Assembly: GCA_032718475.1 (NCBI GenBank)
Contig: JAUCBJ010002449.1
Span: forward strand, 28,077-92,076
Direction: 5' to 3'
From: Nemertoderma westbladi
Lineage: Eukaryota > Animalia > Xenacoelomorpha
Length of the DNA stretch: 64,000 nucleotides
Positions 51,601 to 60,600 of the stretch are shown in pieces. The notes beneath the pieces are model-generated. The model made no database searches. It had not been told where the DNA came from and was given only the letters and a program-made list of their open reading frames with translations. Both the position numbers and the translations under genes were made by a program. Within the stretch, counting starts at the first letter, position 1. Each line of letters starts with the position of its first letter.

Positions 51601-54600
51601 TGACTAATAGGTTACTAATCACTGGTTAATGGGTTACTAACCACTGGCTAATAGGTTACTAACCACTGGTGAGTCGGTTACTAACTACTGGCTAATAGGT
51701 TACTAACCACAGGTTAATAGGTTACTAACCACTGGCTAATAGGTTACTAATCACTGGATAATGGGTTACTAACCACAGGTTAATGGGTTACTAACCACTG
51801 GCTAATAGGTTACTAATCACTGGTTAATGGGTTACTAACCACTGGCTAATAGGTTACTAATCACTGGTTAATGGGTTACTAACCACAGGTTAATAGGATA
51901 CTAACCACTGGCTAATGGGTTACTAACCACTGGCTAATGGGTTAGAACTGAACTGAATGATAAACATAAAAGTGTTGAGCAGTGGATAACCATCAATTTG
52001 AATTTGAATTGGTTAACCGGTGAACTGAAAGTCAGGTAAAAGCCACAGTGAGACCTTTAAGTGTCTTTAGTAGGAACTCTACAAATTAAATTTGTGGGAT
52101 TTTTACTTTTGATTTTACTATTAATTATATTACATTACGTTGTTTTATATTACAAACGTAATGTATATTATTTCATGTTTCAACTAGCGTTTAAATTATT
52201 ACGACTAAGTCCGAGTCCGAGTTTGTAGACTGAGTTAAAGGTTTACTGATGGGAACGGCAGTGGTTTTGGGGCAATCGGAAATTTGAATGCTGTTGTTCT
52301 GAGACCGGTTGAATGAGTCTGTTGTAAGACGTTAATTAATAAAACAACACATATAGATTGAGAATTATTACTGCTTTACTGTACCGTTAATCCTACCAAT
52401 CCTACCGTTATTGTGATTGATGTGACAAATAAGCAACCGCTATGGCTATACTATAAATGAAACTCTGATTCACTATAAGTATGGAGGCCCTGGTCTCCCC
52501 TGATTACTGGTTTATCAGTGGATGGTGGCGCGATATAACTTAGTATGGAGGCCCTGGTCTCCCCTGATACTGGTTTATCAGTGGATGGTGGCGCGATATA
52601 ACTTAGTATGGAGGCCCTGGTCTCCCCTGATTACTGGTTTATCAGTGGATGGTGGCGCGATATAACTTAGTATGGAGGCCCTGGTCTCCCCTGATTACTG
52701 GTTTATCAGTGGATGGTGGCGCGATATAACTTAGTATGGAGGCCCTGGTCTCCCCTGATTACTGGTTTATCAGTGGATGGTGGCGCGATATAACTTAGTA
52801 TGGAGGCCCTGGTCTCCCCTGATTACTGGTTTATCAGTGGATGGTGGCGCGATATAACTTAGTATGGAGGCCCTGGTCTCCCCCGATTACTGGTTTATCA
52901 GTGGATGGTGGCGCGATATAACTTAGTATGGAGGCCCTGGTCTCCCCTGATTACTGGTTTATCAGTGGATGGTGGCGCGATATAACTTAGTATGGAGGCC
53001 CTGGTCTCCCCTGATTACTGGTTTATCAGTGGATGGTGGCGCGATATAACTTAGTATGGAGGCCCTGGTCTCCCCTGATTACTGGTTTATCAGTGGATGG
53101 TGGCGCGATATAACTTAGTATGGAGGCCCTGGTCTCCCCCGATACTGGTTTATCAGTGGATGGTGGCGCGATATAACTTAGTATGGAGGCCCTGGTCTCC
53201 CCCGATTACTGGTTTATCAGTGGATGGTGGCGCGATATAACTTAGTATGGAGGCCCTGGTCTCCCCTGATTACTGGTTTATCAGTGGATGGTGGCGCGAT
53301 ATAACTTAGTATGGAGGCCCTGGTCTCCCCTGATTACTGGTTTATCAGTGGATGGTGGCGCGATATAACTTAGTATGGAGGCCCTGGTCTCCCCTGATTA
53401 CTGGTTTATCAGTGGATGGTGGCGCGATATAACTTAGTATGGAGGCCCTGGTCTCCCCCGATACTGGTTTATCAGTGGATGGTGGCGCGATATAACTTAG
53501 TATGGAGGCCCTGGTCTCCCCCGATACTGGTTTATCAGTGGATGATGGCGCGATGTAACTTAGTATGGAGGCCCTGGTCTCCCCTGATTACTGGTTTATC
53601 AGTGGATGGTGGCGCGATATAACTTAGTATGGAGGCCCTGGTCTCCCCCGATACTGGTTTATCAGTGGATGGTGGCGCGATATAACTTAGTATGGAGGCC
53701 CTGGTCTCCCCCGATACTGGTTTATCAGTGGATGGTGGCGCGATATAACTTAGTATGGAGGCCCTGGTCTCCCCCGATACTGGTTTATCAGTGGATGATG
53801 GCGCGATATAACTTAGTATGGAGGCCCTGGTCTCCCCTGATTACTGGTTTATCAGTGGATGATGGCGCGATATAACTTAGTATGGAGGCCCTGGTCTCCC
53901 CTGATACTGGTTTATCAGTGGATGGTGGCGCGATATAACTTAGTATGGAGGCCCTGGTCTCCCCTGATTACTGGTTTATCAGTGGATGGTGGCGCGATAT
54001 AACTTAGTATGGAGGCCCTGGTCTCCCCTGATTACTGGTTTATCAGTGGATGGTGGCGCGATATAACTTAGTATGGAGGCCCTGGTCTCCCCTGATTACT
54101 GGTTTATCAGTGGATGGTGGCGCGATATAACTTAGTATGGAGGCCCTGGTCTCCCCTGATTACTGGTTTATCAGTGGATGGTGGCGCGATATAACTTAGT
54201 ATGGAGGCCCTGGTCTCCCCTGATTACTGGTTTATCAGTGGATGGTGGCGCGATATAACTTAGTATGGAGGCCCTGGTCTCCCCTGATTACTGGTTTATC
54301 AGTGGATGGTGGCGCGATATAACTTAGTATGGAGGCCCTGGTCTCCCCTGATTACTGGTTTATCAGTGGATGGTGGCGCGATATAACTTAGTATGGAGGC
54401 CCTGGTCTCCCCTGATTACTGGTTTATCAGTGGATGGTGGCGCGATATAACTTAGTATGGAGGCCCTGGTCTCCCCTGATTACTGGTTTATCAGTGGATG
54501 GTGGCGCGATATAACTTAGTATGGAGGCCCTGGTCTCCCCCGATACTGGTTTATCAGTGGATGGTGGCGCGATATAACTTAGTATGGAGGCCCTGGTCTC

Positions 54601-57600
54601 CCCCGATACTGGTTTATCAGTGGATGATGGCGCGATGTAACTTAGTATGGAGGCCCTGGTCTCCCCTGATTACTGGTTTATCAGTGGATGGTGGCGCGAT
54701 ATAACTTAGTATGGAGGCCCTGGTCTCCCCCGATACTGGTTTATCAGTGGATGGTGGCGCGATATAACTTAGTATGGAGGCCCTGGTCTCCCCCGATACT
54801 GGTTTATCAGTGGATGGTGGCGCGATATAACTTAGTATGGAGGCCCTGGTCTCCCCCGATACTGGTTTATCAGTGGATGATGGCGCGATATAACTTAGTA
54901 TGGAGGCCCTGGTCTCCCCTGATTACTGGTTTATCAGTGGATGATGGTGCGATATAACTTAGTATGGAGGCCCTGGTCTCCCCTGATACTGGTTTATCAG
55001 TGGATGATGGCGCGATATAACTTAGTATGGAGGCCCTGGTCTCCCCCGATACTGGTTTATCAGTGGATGATGGCGCGATGTAACTTAGTATGGAGGCCCT
55101 GGTCTCCCCTGATTACTGGTTTATCAGTGGATGATGGCGCGATATAACTTAGTATGGAGGCCCTGGTCTCCCCCGATACTGGTTTATCAGTGGATGGTGG
55201 CGCGATATAACTTAGTATGGAGGCCCTGGTCTCCCCCGATACTGGTTTATCAGTGGATGGTGGCGCGATATAAAGTGAATGGTGGCGCGATATAACTTAG
55301 TATGGAGGCCCTGGTCTCCCCCGATACTGGTTTATCAGTGGATGATGGCGCGATATAACTTAGTATGGAGGCCCTGGTCTCCCCTGATTACTGGTTTATC
55401 AGTGGATGGTGGCGCGATATAACTTAGTATGGAGGCCCTGGTCTCCCCTGATTACTGGTTTATCAGTGAATGGTGGCGCGATATAACTTAGTATGGAGGC
55501 CCTGGCCTCCCCTGATTACTGGTTTATCAGTGAATGGTGGCGCGATATAACTTAGTATGGAGGCCCTGGTCTCCCCTGATTACTGGTTTATCAGTGGATG
55601 ATGGCGCGATATAACTTAGTATGGAGGCCCTGGTCTCCCACGATACTGGTTTATCAGTGGATGATGGCGCGATATAACTTAGTATGGAGGCCCTGGTCTC
55701 CCCCGATACTGGTTTATCAGTGGATGATGGCGCGATATAACTTAGTATGGAGGCCCTGGTCTCCCCTGATACTGGTTTATCAGTGGATGGTGGCGCGATA
55801 TAACTTAGTATGGAGGCCCTGGTCTCCCCTGATTACTGGTTTATCAGTGGATGGTGGCGCGATATAACTTAGTATGGAGGCCCTGGTCTCCCCTGATTAC
55901 TGGTTTATCAGTGGATGATGGCGCGATATAACTTAGTATGGAGGCCCTGGTCTCCCCCGATACTGGTTTATCAGTGGATGATGGCGCGATATAACTTAGT
56001 ATGGAGGCCCTGGTCTCCCCTGATTACTGGTTTATCAGTGAATGGTGGCGCGATATAACTTAGTATGGAGGCCCTGGCCTCCCCTGATTACTGGTTTATC
56101 AGTGAATGGTGGCGCGATATAACTTAGTATGGAGGCCCTGGTCTCCCCTGATTACTGGTTTATCAGTGGATGGTGGCGCGATATAACTTAGTATGGAGGC
56201 CCTGGTCTCCCCTGATTACTGGTTTATCAGTGGATGATGGCGCGATATAACTTAGTATGGAGGCCCTGGTCTCCCCTGATTACTGGTTTATCAGTGGATG
56301 ATGGCGCGATATAACTTAGTATGGAGGCCCTGGTCTCCCCTGATTACTGGTTTATCAGTGAATGGTGGCGCGATATAACTTAGTATGGAGGCCCTGGTCT
56401 CCCCTGATTACTGGTTTATCAGTGGATGGTGGCGCGATATAACTTAGTATGGAGGCCCTGGTCTCCCCTGATTACTGGTTTATCAGTGGATGATGGCGCG
56501 ATATAACTTAGTATGGAGGCCCTGGTCTCCCCTGATTACTGGTTTATCAGTGGATGGTGGCGCGATATAACTTAGTATGGAGGCCCTGGTCTCCCCTGAT
56601 TACTGGTTTATCAGTGGATGGTGGCGCGATATAACTTAGTATGGAGGCCCTGGTCTCCCCTGATTACTGGTTTATCAGTGGATGATGGCGCGATATAACT
56701 TAGTATGGAGGCCCTGGTCTCCCCTGATTACTGGTTTATCAGTGGATGGTGGCGCGATATAACTTAGTATGGAGGCCCTGGTCTCCCCCGATACTGGTTT
56801 ATCAGTGGATGGTGGCGCGATATAACTTAGTATGGAGGCCCTGGTCTCCCCCGATACTGGTTTATCAGTGGATGATGGCGCGATATAACTTAGTATGGAG
56901 GCCCTGGTCTCCCCTGATACTGGTTTATCAGTGGATGATGGCGCGATATAACTTAGTATGGAGGCCCTGGTCTCCCCCGATACTGGTTTATCAGTGGATG
57001 ATGGCGCGATATAACTTAGTATGGAGGCCCTGGTCTCCCCTGATACTGGTTTATCAGTGGATGGTGGCGCGATATAACTTAGTATGGAGGCCCTGGTCTC
57101 CCCTGATTACTGGTTTATCAGTGGATGGTGGCGCGATATAACTTAGTATGGAGGCCCTGGTCTCCCCTGATTACTGGTTTATCAGTGGATGATGGCGCGA
57201 TATAACTTAGTATGGAGGCCCTGGTCTCCCCCGATACTGGTTTATCAGTGGATGATGGCGCGATATAACTTAGTATGGAGGCCCTGGTCTCCCCTGATTA
57301 CTGGTTTATCAGTGAATGGTGGCGCGATATAACTTAGTATGGAGGCCCTGGCCTCCCCTGATTACTGGTTTATCAGTGAATGGTGGCGCGATATAACTTA
57401 GTATGGAGGCCCTGGTCTCCCCCGATACTGGTTTATCAGTGGATGATGGCGCGATATAACTTAGTATGGAGGCCCTGGTCTCCCCCGATACTGGTTTATC
57501 AGTGGATGATGGCGCGATATAACTTAGTATGGAGGCCCTGGTCTCCCCTGATTACTGGTTTATCAGTGAATGGTGGCGCGATATAACTTAGTATGGAGGC

Positions 57601-60600
57601 CCTGGCCTCCCCTGATTACTGGTTTATCAGTGGATGGTGGCGCGATATAACTTAGTATGGAGGCCCTGGTCTCCCCTGATTACTGGTTTATCAGTGGATG
57701 ATGGCGCGATATAACTTAGTATGGAGGCCCTGGTCTCCCCTGATTACTGGTTTATCAGTGGATGATGGCGCGATATAACTTAGTATGGAGGCCCTGGTCT
57801 CCCCTGATTACTGGTTTATCAGTGAATGGTGGCGCGATATAACTTAGTATGGAGGCCCTGGTCTCCCCTGATTACTGGTTTATCAGTGGATGGTGGCGCG
57901 ATATAACTTAGTATGGAGGCCCTGGTCTCCCCTGATTACTGGTTTATCAGTGGATGATGGCGCGATATAACTTAGTATGGAGGCCCTGGTCTCCCCTGAT
58001 TACTGGTTTATCAGTGAATGGTGGCGCGATATAACTTAGTATGGAGGCCCTGGTCTCCCCTGATTACTGGTTTATCAGTGGATGGTGGCGCGATATAACT
58101 TAGTATGGAGGCCCTGGTCTCCCCTGATTACTGGTTTATCAGTGGATGGTGGCGCGATATAACTTAGTATGGAGGCCCTGGTCTCCCCCGATACTGGTTT
58201 ATCAGTGGATGGTGGCGCGATATAACTTAGTATGGAGGCCCTGGTCTCCCCCGATACTGGTTTATCAGTGGATGGTGGCGCGATATAACTTAGTATGGAG
58301 GCCCTGGTCTCCCCTGATTACTGGTTTATCAGTGGATGATGGCGCGATATAACTTAGTATGGAGGCCCTGGTCTCCCCCGATACTGGTTTATCAGTGGAT
58401 GGTGGCGCGATATAACTTAGTATGGAGGCCCTGGTCTCCCCTGATTACTGGTTTATCAGTGGATGGTGGCGCGATATAACTTAGTATGGAGGCCCTGGTC
58501 TCCCCCGATACTGGTTTATCAGTGGATGGTGGCGCGATATAACTTAGTATGGAGGCCCTGGTCTCCCCTGATTACTGGTTTATCAGTGGATGATGGCGCG
58601 ATATAACTTAGTATGGAGGCCCTGGTCTCCCCCGATACTGGTTTATCAGTGGATGGTGGCGCGATATAACTTAGTATGGAGGCCCTGGTCTCCCCCGATA
58701 CTGGTTTATCAGTGGATGGTGGCGCGATATAACTTAGTATGGAGGCCCTGGTCTCCCCTGATTACTGGTTTATCAGTGAATGGTGGCGCGATATAACTTA
58801 GTATGGAGGCCCTGGTCTCCCCCGATACTGGTTTATCAGTGGATGGTGGCGCGATATAACAACTAATATTGCTAAATTATTAGTCTCTACACCTACCTTG
58901 ATGGTTGGTGGATACTTTGCTACTGGAATGGACCGACCCCGTCTGGATTTCGTCTCTCGCCAACCAGCCGTAGTCTCTACACCAGCGCCCCACTATCTGT
59001 ATCCATAGCGATTGTATACTGGAACAGCTGGTATACTGAGTCAGTTGCGTATCCAAATGCTGAAATATTGATAAATTACATGATAAAGTATTGCCTTGGC
59101 AAAGACAAGTCTATATAGAGAAAAGCGCAAACACAAACTCATTGGCTACAGCTGTTATGAATATCTCACCTGGTACAATCCACATACTCTCAGCTCATTG
59201 GCCACAGCTGTTAAGAACAATGGAAGGGAACTGAGTTTACAGCTGACCAGCTGATCCAATTGTTTCGCACTCAGACTTTTGCAATGAACTTCGAGGTGGC
59301 GTTTAATAACCTGAAAGTAGAAAATAATACAAAGTTAAATGTTTTATATTAAAAACAAAATGACTAATTTAAAAAGCTGAAAATAAAACAGTTTTTCTTT
59401 CTGGAGAACGTCAAGTTAATACTAGATGCGACTACATTGGCTATATAATGACTTTCACTGTCTGACTCTAATTACCTTCGCGATGATATTATAGTAAAGT
59501 AGATGAGTTACAAATAATGTAGTCAATGATTCCCCCCTCCCCCACCCCCCTTAATATCATAATAACAACGACCGACGTATAATAAAATAGTTGTAATAAC
59601 AATTATGATAAACAACTTCTGACCTGCTTTTTGGTTTCGACGGAAGTAATTGGCTGTATCCTAGTAACCGTACAATCCCATCTCGCAGACAAACTCTTGT
59701 AACTGATACTAGATGGCGTCGCAGAGATAATAAAGCGACACGTTGGCGGGAGCGGTTCGGGTAGCCAAGACATTTCCCTCACCTATTAGATTTAGTTAGA
59801 TTAAAGTAGTTAGATTAAAGTAGTTAGATTAAAGTAGTTAGATTAAAGTAGTTAGATTAAAGTAGTTAGATTAAAGTAGTTAGATTAAAGTAGTTAGATT
59901 AAAGTAGTTAGATTAAAGTAGTTAGATTAAAGTAGTTAGATTAAAGTAGTTAGATTAAAGTAGTTAGATTAAAGTAGTTAGATTAAAGTAGTTAGATTAA
60001 AGTAGTTAGATTAAAGTAGTTAGATTAAAGTAGTTAGATTAAAGTAGTTAGATTAAAGTAGTTAGATTAAAGTAGTTAGATTAAAGTAGTTAGATTACAG
60101 TAGTTAGATTAAAGTAGTTAGATTAAAGCAGTTAGATTAAAGTAGTTAGATTAAAGTAGTTAGATTAAAGTAGTTAGATTAAAGTAGTTAGATTAAAGTA
60201 GTTAGATTAAAGTAGTTAGATTAAAGTAGTTAGATTAAAGTAGTTAGATTAAAGTAGTTAGATTAAAGTAGTTAGATTAAAGTAGTTAGATTAAAGTAGT
60301 TAGATTAAAGTAGTTAGATTAAAGTAGTTAGATTAAAGCAGTTAGATTAAAGTAGTTAGATTAAAGTAGTTAGATTAAAGTAGTTAGATTAAAGTAGTTA
60401 GATTAAAGTAGTTAGATTAAAGTAGTTAGATTAAAGTAGTTAGATTAAAGTAGTTAGATTAAAGTAGTTAGATTAAAGTAGTTAGATTAAAGTAGTTAGA
60501 TTAAAGTAGTTAGATTAAAGTAGTTAGATTAAAGTAGTTAGATTAAAGTAGTTAGATTAAAGTAGTTAGATTAAAGTAGTTAGATTAAAGTAGTTAGATT

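Noticed and set aside
21025-58796. Many short MVVNRHSFRKQSG... and MVARYNLVWRPW... ORFs
   Set aside because: Translations of the 63/64-bp arrays with frequent frameshifts and stops.
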